Origin: an uncultured Candidatus Saccharibacteria bacterium
Lineage (GTDB): Bacteria > Patescibacteriota > Minisyncoccia > Phycocordibacterales > Phycocordibacteraceae
Length of the DNA stretch: 32,432 nucleotides
Reading direction: 5' to 3'
NCBI GenBank assembly: GCA_964418065.1
Contig: CAYQJR010000003.1
Coordinates: forward strand, 1-32,432
This document shows positions 9,898 through 18,004 of this stretch, piece by piece. The notes under the pieces were generated by a model. The model was not told the origin of the DNA and ran no database searches. It worked only from the letters and a program-made list of their open reading frames with translations. The position numbers were made by a program, and so were the translations under genes. Each line of letters opens with the position of its first letter. Position 1 is the first letter of the stretch.

Positions 9898-11397
9898 CTA
9901 TCTTACACTCTTTGTACCGGAGTTCGAGAGGCGTTCTAAAATCGTGTATTTATTATTCGTATCGGTAATCGCGTAGTGAGCAAGATGCGGCTCTGCACTG
10001 TCTAGAAGTCTCGTTTCTATGACAACGATATCCGGTATGCCCTCGGCGAGAACCTGGAGCTCCTGCACGCCCCACTGTACTGCCGCCGGATTACGGTAGG
10101 GAGCAATGTACTGGTAGTAATTCTCCGTGCGGATGAAGACCGCAACTTCGGGAGTGTTGTAGAAGAATACTGACTTGTCTTCCGGCACTCCAGCGAAGAA
10201 CGCTTCCCACGCCGCGGTCTTCGTTGAGGTATAGAAATCCGCGACCCAAGAATCAAACAAGAGTTGGTACCCGCTCATGAGGATGAGTCCTGCGCATACG
10301 AGAGCGGGTACCTTTGAGAAAAAGGGTGCGGACAGGCTGAATTGCGTCCGTAAGTACGCGACCACACGCGAGAGTGCGGACGGAAAAAAGAGCAGTGCAA
10401 TCGCCTGATACGGGAACAGATATCGATAGAAACCTCCGGTGCGTAAGTAAGCAAGAATAGAGATGATACAGAGAGCGTAGGCAATAATCTCTTCAAGAGA
10501 TACCTCTTCACTGGCTCTCTTGCGCACTATAACCGCGAGGGTCCACACCACCATCATCCCGAGGAGGAAGAGCGGGCCGATATCAGTAAAGAAGTGCGAC
10601 AGATTGCCGAGCACAAGACTCCCGAGTTTGGTCTCGGCTACTGCGTATGGATTTGCATAAAATCCGAGCGTCGTACGCAACGAGTCGGTATGCGAGAATT
10701 GCGTCGCCATCCATGTAAGGACGGGTATGGTAAAAGCGACCGCGCTCCACAGCAGTACCTTAGTGTCTTGTATAAATTCCCGCCCCTGGTGGAAGAGGCC
10801 GATGGCGAGGGCGGGCAGAAGAAGCAGGAATACCGGCTTGGTGACACAGGCAAGCCCAACGAAGAGGCCTGCGAGCATGGCGAAGCGTAGCCGCAGTGCC
10901 GCATTCGTTCGCGCGTAGTACAGGAAGAGGAGCGCGAGCGTGAGATAGAGGAGCCCCGGCACTTCGCCGAGCACGCTCTTTCCGTTTGCATACAGGGGCG
11001 GAAAGACCGAGAGGAGTGCAAGCGACCATAACGCGCTTCTGGTGCCGAACAACTTCCGCATGAGCGCGAAACCCGCGAGCGCGAAGCCGAGGATGAAGAA
11101 GACCATCACCGTCCGTGCCTGCTCCACGCCGTACCCGAACGTATTGAAGGCAAACGCGAGCGGGTACGTGAGCGGAAATCCGACGGTCATATACTGCCCT
11201 GAAAGGAAGGTCTGCGGATCTAACTGGATGCCGTAGGTATGAGAAGAGGCGATGTTGCGAGCGGTCTGTATGTAGAGTCCCTCGTCATACCAGATTGACG
11301 GGCTTTCGGTCAGCCGGAAAAGAGAAGAGGCCAGCACAACCCCAATAAGCAACAGAAATAGCGCCTTATGGGAGGCGGTAAATCTCGTATCTATCAT
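9898..11397 (-). CDS. GT-C fold membrane glycosyltransferase (ArnT/PMT-like)
   Basis: First TM helix followed by WYDE in loop 1, GLACVTKP, RYLFP, many TM helices and a soluble C-terminal domain. Confidence 0.82.
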   Translation of the reverse strand: MIDTRFTASHKALFLLLIGVVLASSLFRLTESPSIWYDEGLYIQTARNIASSHTYGIQLDPQTFLSGQYMTVGFPLTYPLAFAFNTFGYGVEQARTVMVFFILGFALAGFALMRKLFGTRSALWSLALLSVFPPLYANGKSVLGEVPGLLYLTLALLFLYYARTNAALRLRFAMLAGLFVGLACVTKPVFLLLLPALAIGLFHQGREFIQDTKVLLWSAVAFTIPVLTWMATQFSHTDSLRTTLGFYANPYAVAETKLGSLVLGNLSHFFTDIGPLFLLGMMVVWTLAVIVRKRASEEVSLEEIIAYALCIISILAYLRTGGFYRYLFPYQAIALLFFPSALSRVVAYLRTQFSLSAPFFSKVPALVCAGLILMSGYQLLFDSWVADFYTSTKTAAWEAFFAGVPEDKSVFFYNTPEVAVFIRTENYYQYIAPYRNPAAVQWGVQELQVLAEGIPDIVVIETRLLDSAEPHLAHYAITDTNNKYTILERLSNSGTKSVR

Positions 11398-13168
11398 CGG
11401 CGTATACTAGCACGGCTCCAATATTCTCCGGCTGATAGCGCGGGTTGAGCAGTTTGTCTTTCAGTATGTAGGAGACATGATACTTCGCCAGATACGCTTT
11501 GATGTTCGGCCTGATGTCGGTTCGTAACTTATGCTCAAGCGTAGCGAAGACTTCATCGCCGATAAACTCCTGATAGGTCGGCGGCGTCCCGCAATCCTTG
11601 TTCCCGTCCCAGAAGAAGAGCATCCGGCATACCTGGATACCGCGTTCAATGGTCTTGGGCTTGTGAGGATAATCCCCGCGGCCGAGGTAGAGGCGCATTT
11701 CACTTTCCTTCCGCAGGTCTTCAAGCGACGGATTGTTGAAGTATTGGGAGACGAGGTAGCGTTCGCGGACCTCCCCTTCAGGCATGAGTTCCAGCATCCC
11801 GTACATAGCGTAGAGCGTGAAGTGGCGCGTGAAAACGGGGATGTTGGCGGTGATAAAATCGTGCGGGTCGGCCCAGATGACGCTCGGGTTCTGCACATTC
11901 TCCTCTAGCCAGGCAAATGGCTTCGCATAGCGCTGCTCATCTTCCCATAGATTCTGTTCCGGGTGCCACAAATCTGGATGGACCGCTGACGGAAGGAAGG
12001 GCGAGAAATACTGGTAGGTGTAGTACCCGCTCACTGTGGAGAATAGGGTGAGTGCGGCGACCGCAAATGTCTTCAGTCCTAGAGAGAGCTGTACACGCCG
12101 CCGCCACAAGAGCGCCCCGATGCTCACCGTGGAGAACAGGAGCATGGGAAGGATAAAGATGCGGAGATGCTCGCCCGTCTCCAGCAATTTACCGGTGAAG
12201 AGGTTGCTTCCCTGCATAACCCAGAGCCCGAGATTGCTCAGGATGAGATACAAGGAGAGAAGCCTCCACTCTGCATCCTGCCGGAGTTCAGGGCTGCGCC
12301 ACAGGAGTACTGCGAGAAACGCGATAGTAGCGCCGGCCCACCCACCCGAATAGACGACCTCCGCCATCGGGAGATGGGTGTTCACGAGCCCGAGACGACT
12401 GACACTCTCCCAGAAGTAGGGCGAGGTGCGGGAGAGCCAGAGAGCGTAGAGCACGACGGGGAGCCCGATAACTCCCCCGATAAGCGAAGAGGAGAGGACC
12501 GCCTTCAGGAGCGGCCAGTTCCTACGGAGAAGCGCGTAGAGGAAGAGGAGGCCGAGCGTGATGACAAACGCCTGCCAAAGGTAGGAATAGAGATAGAACA
12601 TCACTCCCATCATCACGCCGAGGAAGATGGTGTTGCGGCGGCTCTGCTCGCGGATGAAGCGCACAAGCGCGATGCCGAATAAAAAATAGAAGGGGTACAC
12701 CGGCTGGAGATTGATGGGCCGCCATACATGCGCATACATTTGTAAGTACAGGGCAACGGTGCCGAACACGGCAACCCACGGCGGTGTGCGCACTTCGCGG
12801 AACAGATAGTAGAGCGCGAGTGCAAAGAGGAGGCTCCACAGGATGAAATTGAACAGCATAGCTGCGTTGTAGGAGAGACCGGCAAGTTGCGCGAGCGCGT
12901 TTATCCATGCGCCGGCGAAAATCACGAGCGGGAGATCAGTATGGTGTTCAAGGAAATACGGATGACCCCCGACAAAAGACCCTTTGACGATTGACTGCAC
13001 GCGGGCGGGATTGAAGGGCTCGTCGCCGAAGACCGGCATAATGCTTGGCCACGGAGTCCCGAGAACCAGAAACATATCTAGAAATGGGATGGTGGTGAGC
13101 ACTAGAATGATTCCCAGAAGAACCGCGAGCGATCGATGGAGCCGAAGTAAATCGCCCAGTTTTTGCAT
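11366..13168 (-). CDS. Multi-pass membrane protein, probable GT-C fold transferase
   Basis: Start reassigned to MQKLGD (13168). GDE after the first TM helix, HPYFLEH, roughly a dozen hydrophobic segments and a soluble C-terminal domain ending YHVSYILKD...YEIYRL. Confidence 0.65.
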   Translation of the reverse strand: MQKLGDLLRLHRSLAVLLGIILVLTTIPFLDMFLVLGTPWPSIMPVFGDEPFNPARVQSIVKGSFVGGHPYFLEHHTDLPLVIFAGAWINALAQLAGLSYNAAMLFNFILWSLLFALALYYLFREVRTPPWVAVFGTVALYLQMYAHVWRPINLQPVYPFYFLFGIALVRFIREQSRRNTIFLGVMMGVMFYLYSYLWQAFVITLGLLFLYALLRRNWPLLKAVLSSSLIGGVIGLPVVLYALWLSRTSPYFWESVSRLGLVNTHLPMAEVVYSGGWAGATIAFLAVLLWRSPELRQDAEWRLLSLYLILSNLGLWVMQGSNLFTGKLLETGEHLRIFILPMLLFSTVSIGALLWRRRVQLSLGLKTFAVAALTLFSTVSGYYTYQYFSPFLPSAVHPDLWHPEQNLWEDEQRYAKPFAWLEENVQNPSVIWADPHDFITANIPVFTRHFTLYAMYGMLELMPEGEVRERYLVSQYFNNPSLEDLRKESEMRLYLGRGDYPHKPKTIERGIQVCRMLFFWDGNKDCGTPPTYQEFIGDEVFATLEHKLRTDIRPNIKAYLAKYHVSYILKDKLLNPRYQPENIGAVLVYADDRYEIYRLP

Positions 13169-13178
13169 AGATAATGGC

Positions 13179-13210
13179 ATCATACCAGAACGCTGTGGTT
13201 GTGGTATTTT
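13179..13210. promoter_or_regulatory. Back-to-back divergent extended -10 boxes
   Basis: TGG-TATGAT on minus (13187-13179, 10 nt before ATG 13168) and TGG-TATTTT on plus (13202-13210, 6 nt before ATG 13217), in a 48-bp gap. Confidence 0.6.
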
Positions 13211-13216
13211 GTAGCC

Positions 13217-13957
13217 ATGCATAAAGGCAAGACGGTGAGCGTGGTCATCCCGACCTACAACGAGGAGGGGAGCATCCGTGCCGTTATTAATGGGTTCTTT
13301 GATACCGGTGTCGTTGACGAGGTGGTGGTGATTGATAACAACGCGCTCGGGAACACGAAGTATGAAGTCGCGCAGACGAAGGCGCGACTCGTTGATGAGA
13401 AAGAACATCAGGGCTACGGTCACGCGATGATGCGCGGACTGCGCGAGGCCACCGGCGACCTTGTCATCACCTGTGAGGGCGACGGCACCTTCCTGCCGAC
13501 TGATATTCACAAGTTCCTTGCCTATACGGACGAGTCCGAGGCGGTCCTCGGCACGCGCACCTCCCGCGCGGCGATATGGTCGGGTGCCTTCATGCCCTTC
13601 CCGGTGCGCGTCGGCAACTGGGCCGTTGCGAAATTCCTGGAGGTCCTCCATAACGGCCCGACCCTCACCGATGTCAGCTGTTCCTACAAACTCTTCTCGC
13701 GGAAAGTGCTTGAGAGCATCTTTGACTTGTTCCCGCTCTCTTCCGGCAAAGATTCATTCTCTTCGGAAATCATGATTTGGGTCATCCGGCGCGGGTGGGA
13801 TCCGATAGAAATCCCCGTGGTGTACAAGCAGCGCGTCGGCGTCTCATCGTACACGGGTGACAGCATCGTCAAAGCTGCGGGCATCGGCTTCAGAATGGTG
13901 CTGCAGGTGGTCCGCTATCGGCTCATGCATCTTGAGCGCCGCCCCTACAGCTCGTGA
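13217..13957 (+). CDS. GT2 DPM1-like polyprenol-phosphate glycosyltransferase
   Basis: SVVIPTYNEE, IDNN, GYGHA, EGDGT, TDVSCSYK, EIPVVYKQRVG. Confidence 0.9.
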   Translation: MHKGKTVSVVIPTYNEEGSIRAVINGFFDTGVVDEVVVIDNNALGNTKYEVAQTKARLVDEKEHQGYGHAMMRGLREATGDLVITCEGDGTFLPTDIHKFLAYTDESEAVLGTRTSRAAIWSGAFMPFPVRVGNWAVAKFLEVLHNGPTLTDVSCSYKLFSRKVLESIFDLFPLSSGKDSFSSEIMIWVIRRGWDPIEIPVVYKQRVGVSSYTGDSIVKAAGIGFRMVLQVVRYRLMHLERRPYSS

Positions 13958-13970
13958 TATCCTCCGGCAT

Positions 13971-14345
13971 ATGACTGACATACGTATACTCAAGGCCGCC
14001 AAGCACCCGAAGGGCTGGGGGGAAGAAATCTGGATTATTAATACCGACAAGTATTGCGGGAAGCTGCTTAAGTTTAATAAAGGCGCCCGCTTCAGCGACC
14101 ATTTCCATGTGAACAAGGACGAGGCGTGGTATGTGCTGGAAGGCAAGTTGGAGCTACGCTACTACAATCTCGCGAACGCCGAGAAGAAAATTAAGATTCT
14201 TAAAAAAGGCGATGTGGTGCACATCCCACCGACTAAGCCGCATCAGCTCCACGCACTTGCAGCATCAGTTGTAATAGAAGTCTCCACTCCGCACGACGAA
14301 GCCGACTCGTACCGCATCAACAAAGGCGACAGTCAAAAGAAGTAA
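13971..14345 (+). CDS. Single-domain cupin (type II phosphomannose isomerase / sugar ketol-isomerase-like)
   Basis: Start MTDIRI. KGWGEE, HFHVNKDEAWYVLEG and GDVVHIPPTKPHQL supply the His/His/Glu/His cupin metal ligands. Confidence 0.85.
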   Translation: MTDIRILKAAKHPKGWGEEIWIINTDKYCGKLLKFNKGARFSDHFHVNKDEAWYVLEGKLELRYYNLANAEKKIKILKKGDVVHIPPTKPHQLHALAASVVIEVSTPHDEADSYRINKGDSQKK

Positions 14346-14386
14346 GTAAAAAGTAAGTGCCGCACTCCCGTGAGGAAGTGCGGCAC
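14345..14386 (-). terminator. Intrinsic terminator of the EEP gene
   Basis: Minus strand GTGCCGCACTTCC-tcac-GGGAGTGCGGCAC (13-bp stem, one G-U) then TTACTTTTTACT, 15 nt after the stop at 14402. Confidence 0.85.
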
Positions 14387-14401
14387 CGAAGAACTGCGAG
14401 A

Positions 14402-15160
14402 TCACGCCCGCGAAACCGTCGCGAGGAGCGGCGTGTGGTCGGCAACACCGTGGAACTGGCGGACTTCTTCGTGAGGGTAGTAACGCCCCGCTCCGAAGAT
14501 GTAGTCGACGACCACGTGCGGCACTTCGCCACTCTTCAGACGCGCCGTGAGCTTATGGAGCTCGAGGTCCAGCGTGCAGGTAATTGAGCGCGGCGTCCAA
14601 TCCTTGAAGCGTGAGAGCGCAATGAGTTCCCTGTAGAGCGGACCATTTCGGAGCATCACCATGGCGCCGCACAGAACCATTTCTCCAGTGAGCTTGGCTG
14701 CTTCGATGAGAGAATGAAGCGCCGCATAGTGTTGCTCGCTTGCGGTGCCGTCCTTGCTGTACAGGAAATGCGTGTTGCCCACCCGATAGACCCTGCCATC
14801 ACGAACTACGTCGCATGCAAGGAGCGGTCGGCGCTTGGTCGCGTTGACCATCTCGGGCGTGCTCTCGTTGAAGAACAGCAACTCGGTTGCGTTGCCCATG
14901 TAGTACTGTTCGTGCACCCCGCCGACTACGAGATTGGTGCAGGTGACGAGTCCCATCGTTGTGCCATCGGGAAACTGCGTCATCGGCACAAACCGCACAA
15001 AGCGGTAAGCCTCGTGCAACTGCGGCACTTCGAAGTCCATCACCTCCTGCAGGCAAAGCACATCCACGTCTGCCTCCTCGGCGCACTTAAGAATACGGGG
15101 TACCTGCCCCTTGTCGCGCCCGAGGAAAACGCTCATGATATTCAGTTTCTGCTGGAGCAC
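14402..15160 (-). CDS. Endonuclease/exonuclease/phosphatase (EEP) fold protein, catalytically degenerate
   Basis: DVLCLQEV, NTHF, VDYIF and ADHTPL are present, but GDFN is replaced by GAMV. GTG start with SD AAAGGAGG 5 nt upstream. Confidence 0.85.
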   Translation of the reverse strand: MLQQKLNIMSVFLGRDKGQVPRILKCAEEADVDVLCLQEVMDFEVPQLHEAYRFVRFVPMTQFPDGTTMGLVTCTNLVVGGVHEQYYMGNATELLFFNESTPEMVNATKRRPLLACDVVRDGRVYRVGNTHFLYSKDGTASEQHYAALHSLIEAAKLTGEMVLCGAMVMLRNGPLYRELIALSRFKDWTPRSITCTLDLELHKLTARLKSGEVPHVVVDYIFGAGRYYPHEEVRQFHGVADHTPLLATVSRA

Positions 15161-15225
15161 GGTGTCCTCCTTTCAATGTTCGAGTATGGTTAGAATGCCG
15201 TCGCAGGAAATCCTGTTCCGGCGTC

Positions 15226-15255
15226 ACAATAGCACAGATATAGCCTATCTGTCAA
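15226..15255 (-). promoter_or_regulatory. Sigma70-type promoter TTGACA-N18-TATTGT (TGn extended) with an internal inverted repeat
   Basis: -35 at 15255-15250, overlapping the kinase stop; -10 at 15231-15226. ACAGATA-N5-TATCTGT at 15234-15252. Confidence 0.7.
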
Positions 15256-16010
15256 ATAGCACGTACTGGCCTCTTCTGGATTACCGTAACACCCTTGTGC
15301 TTCACGACTTCAGAGGCACATTCGTTTGCAAATGTGATTGCTTTTTCAATATCCCCCGTTTCCACATACTTCACGAGAAGCGCCGCGAAGAAGCTATCCC
15401 CCGCCCCGCTGACATCCTTCACCTCCACTTTTTCCGGAACTGGATAGTTCTTCTTGTTGAAGAACGCGCCTTGGTCGCCCTTGGTGTAGATGAGTTTCTT
15501 TTCAAGACCCTTCGGGAGAGATGCTTTTGACCGTTCGTATTCGTAATTGTTTATCTTGATGTATTTTGCCTTTGACGCCCAGTTGCCGAGAATCTTTTTC
15601 GTATCCATGAAGACATTCTTGTGGTGTTCACAGATATACTTGATATCCGCCTCGGTGAGGAACCCTTTGTTGTAATCAGAGATAGCAATCACATCATACT
15701 TGGCGAGTGGGATTTTCTTCATATCAACGCGCGGAATGCGGTGGTCGGTATCCACCCGGATAAACATATGATTCGTTGTGCCGTGCATATAGCGAGTCTT
15801 GGTGACCGTCTCCCACGAGTCGTTCGTATAGAGCTTCACGGCAGAGTAAATATTCTTCACATTCCGCTCCACGTTCGCTGCCATGCCGGGATTATCCTTC
15901 TGTTCAACAATGCTTAGCACAGGAACCGGTAGGTCAGGCGCCAGGCGCTCGGCCTTACAGTAAACAAATATGTCCCGGCAACTCTCTCCGACGATGAGAA
16001 TCTTTTTCAT
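15252..16010 (-). CDS. PfkB-family sugar kinase resembling the HldE/RfaE heptose-7-phosphate kinase domain (stand-alone, short)
   Basis: MKKILIVGE..D, ERLAPDLPVPV, PGMAANV..N, TKTRY, RVD, ISDYNKGFL, KINNYE, DVSGAGDSF. Confidence 0.88.
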   Translation of the reverse strand: MKKILIVGESCRDIFVYCKAERLAPDLPVPVLSIVEQKDNPGMAANVERNVKNIYSAVKLYTNDSWETVTKTRYMHGTTNHMFIRVDTDHRIPRVDMKKIPLAKYDVIAISDYNKGFLTEADIKYICEHHKNVFMDTKKILGNWASKAKYIKINNYEYERSKASLPKGLEKKLIYTKGDQGAFFNKKNYPVPEKVEVKDVSGAGDSFFAALLVKYVETGDIEKAITFANECASEVVKHKGVTVIQKRPVRAI

Positions 16011-16014
16011 ACTT

Positions 16015-17052
16015 CTAGAGCGTAAGAGACGGCGCAATGTGGAGCTCCTCAAACGAGAGCTTCGTGGTTAGCTTTGGCTTCTGAAATAGATCAAGGAGCG
16101 CATTCGCGATATCAATCTTGGTCGGGTAATAGAATTCCGTGAGTGCGGTTGAGGTTGGGCACGGCACGCTCGGACACGCTATTGAAATGGGAGCATCTTT
16201 GAGCTTGAGGGAGCGATTCTTGGCCACGCTCGCAATAACCTCGGAACCAATACTGAAGGCTTCGTTCGTCGTATCAATGCAAAATAGTCTGCCTGTTTTC
16301 GCCACCGAGGTAGCGATGGTTTTATAGTCAATCGGGTTGAGACTGAGGAGGTCAATAAGTTCTACCGATACCTGCTCTCCGATAAGTGCTAATGCTTCGT
16401 GCGCCGAGATGAGTCCGTCGCCGTACGCAACAACCGTTATATCCTTACCCTCTTTCACCACCTGTGCTTTATCAAGCGGCAGAGCGTACGGTTCGATAGG
16501 CACATTCTGCTTCACATTAAAAAGCCACCGCGACTCCAGCAGAACGACCGGATTCTTATCTTTGAGCGCCGCAATCAGCAGTCCTTTCGCCATTTTCGGT
16601 GTAGAAGGTATAACCACTTTTAGCCCGAGAACGTTACCGAAGAGCGAGTAGAGCGCCTGCGTGTGCTGGGGACCGTTCCCCCACTGCCTCCCCACGTTTA
16701 TGCGCAGAACGAGTGGGACGGGGTGGCCGCCGCCGAGCATATAATTCCACTTCGCCGCCTGGGTGAAAATCTGATCAGCCGCGAGCAGACTGAACTCAAC
16801 TCTTCCGTGATGCACAATCGGGTGGAGCCCGTTTATCGCCGCGCCGACAGCGAGACCAGTGAATGAAGACTCCGACACCGAGACATCAAGGATGCGTTCC
16901 GGATACTTCGCCTTCAGGCCGGCGGTGGTTCCATCAGCGCCGTTTTTGTATGAGACGCCGAGGCCCATCACGAACACAGAAGGGTCAACCTCCATCATCT
17001 GGTCGGTCGCCTCCTTCAGCGCCTCGGTGTATTTAAGTATTCTAGGAGGCAT
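16015..17052 (-). CDS. ThDP-dependent 2-oxoacid/acetoin dehydrogenase E1 beta-like subunit
   Basis: YTEAL, SESSFTGLAVGAA, EFSLLAADQ, GPQHTQ, NPVVLLE, GKDIT, ELIDLLSLNPID. Start could alternatively be 17058. Confidence 0.92.
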   Translation of the reverse strand: MPPRILKYTEALKEATDQMMEVDPSVFVMGLGVSYKNGADGTTAGLKAKYPERILDVSVSESSFTGLAVGAAINGLHPIVHHGRVEFSLLAADQIFTQAAKWNYMLGGGHPVPLVLRINVGRQWGNGPQHTQALYSLFGNVLGLKVVIPSTPKMAKGLLIAALKDKNPVVLLESRWLFNVKQNVPIEPYALPLDKAQVVKEGKDITVVAYGDGLISAHEALALIGEQVSVELIDLLSLNPIDYKTIATSVAKTGRLFCIDTTNEAFSIGSEVIASVAKNRSLKLKDAPISIACPSVPCPTSTALTEFYYPTKIDIANALLDLFQKPKLTTKLSFEELHIAPSLTL

Positions 17053-18001
17053 AGACATCGGTGTAGAGACTCTCCTTCGCGGGATACGGGGCGGCGACGG
17101 CATACTGGATACATTCTAGGGTATAGGCGCGGATATCGTTCTCCATGCGCGCTAGCTCTTCAGCAGATACTCCTTGCGTTAAAAGCTGATTCTTCACTTT
17201 CTTAAGTGAATCCTGCTCCAACCGCTTTTCAAGCACATCTTCTTCCCGATAGCCCTGCGCATCGTCAAAGATGGGCGCGCTGTGGGCCATATGCCGATAG
17301 GTTACGCATTCAAGAACGGCAGGATTCCCTTTACGCACTTCGGCCACCAGCGTCTTCGCCTTCTCAAATACATCCTGATAGTTATTCCCGTCAGCCTTCA
17401 TATACGCGACGCCGATGCCGGTAACGACTTTCTCCGTATTGTATTGCTTTGATCTCCGGTCCTGTATCTTTGAGTTGACCGAGTAGAGATTGTTCTCTAT
17501 GACGAATAGGAGCGGTAATTTAAAAAGCGCTGCGAGATTCAGCGTCTCGTACATCACTCCCTCTTCCGAAGCGCCATCACCGAAGAATACCGCCGTCACC
17601 TCATTCCTCTTATTGTATTTTTGTTCAAACGCGCTCCCGCTTGAAAGGGGGATGACGCTCCCGAGTATCGGCGTAGAGCCGACGAAGTTAACCGAGGTAT
17701 CTACCATATGCATGGACCCTCCCTTGCCTTTGCAACAGCCCTCTTCCTTACCGAGGAGCTCGCAGACCATACGCTTCAAATCGCCTCCTTTGGCGAGGTA
17801 GTGGCCGTGCGAACGATGATTGCCCATCGCCCGATCATTCTTCTCCAGAGCGTCGCAGACTCCGACTGCAACCGCTTCTTGCCCGACATAGAAGTGAACG
17901 AAGCTCATCACCTTGTTCTCAAGATAGAACTTCGCGATTTCCTCTTCAGCAATACGAATGGAGAGCATTCGCTTATACACGTCCTGTAATGCAGTCTTCA
18001 T
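17042..18001 (-). CDS. ThDP-dependent E1 alpha-like subunit
   Basis: HFYVGQEA, HRSHGH, GKGGSMH, ThDP motif GDGASEEG...ENN, TYRHMAHS. Confidence 0.93.
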   Translation of the reverse strand: MKTALQDVYKRMLSIRIAEEEIAKFYLENKVMSFVHFYVGQEAVAVGVCDALEKNDRAMGNHRSHGHYLAKGGDLKRMVCELLGKEEGCCKGKGGSMHMVDTSVNFVGSTPILGSVIPLSSGSAFEQKYNKRNEVTAVFFGDGASEEGVMYETLNLAALFKLPLLFVIENNLYSVNSKIQDRRSKQYNTEKVVTGIGVAYMKADGNNYQDVFEKAKTLVAEVRKGNPAVLECVTYRHMAHSAPIFDDAQGYREEDVLEKRLEQDSLKKVKNQLLTQGVSAEELARMENDIRAYTLECIQYAVAAPYPAKESLYTDVYAS

Positions 18002-18004
18002 AGG

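Noticed and set aside
13169-13651. 161-aa N-terminal extension of the 761-aa ORF
   Set aside because: Antisense to the well-supported GT2 at 13217. The hydrophobic protein and a -10 box both point to a start at 13168.
14338-14358. AAGT micro-repeats after the cupin stop
   Set aside because: Explained as the U-rich tail of the minus-strand terminator; not an array.
16015-18001. Annotation as housekeeping pdhA/pdhB or acoA/acoB
   Set aside because: No E2/E3 nearby and the context is glycan synthesis. Gene symbols withheld; the alternative is not fully excluded.
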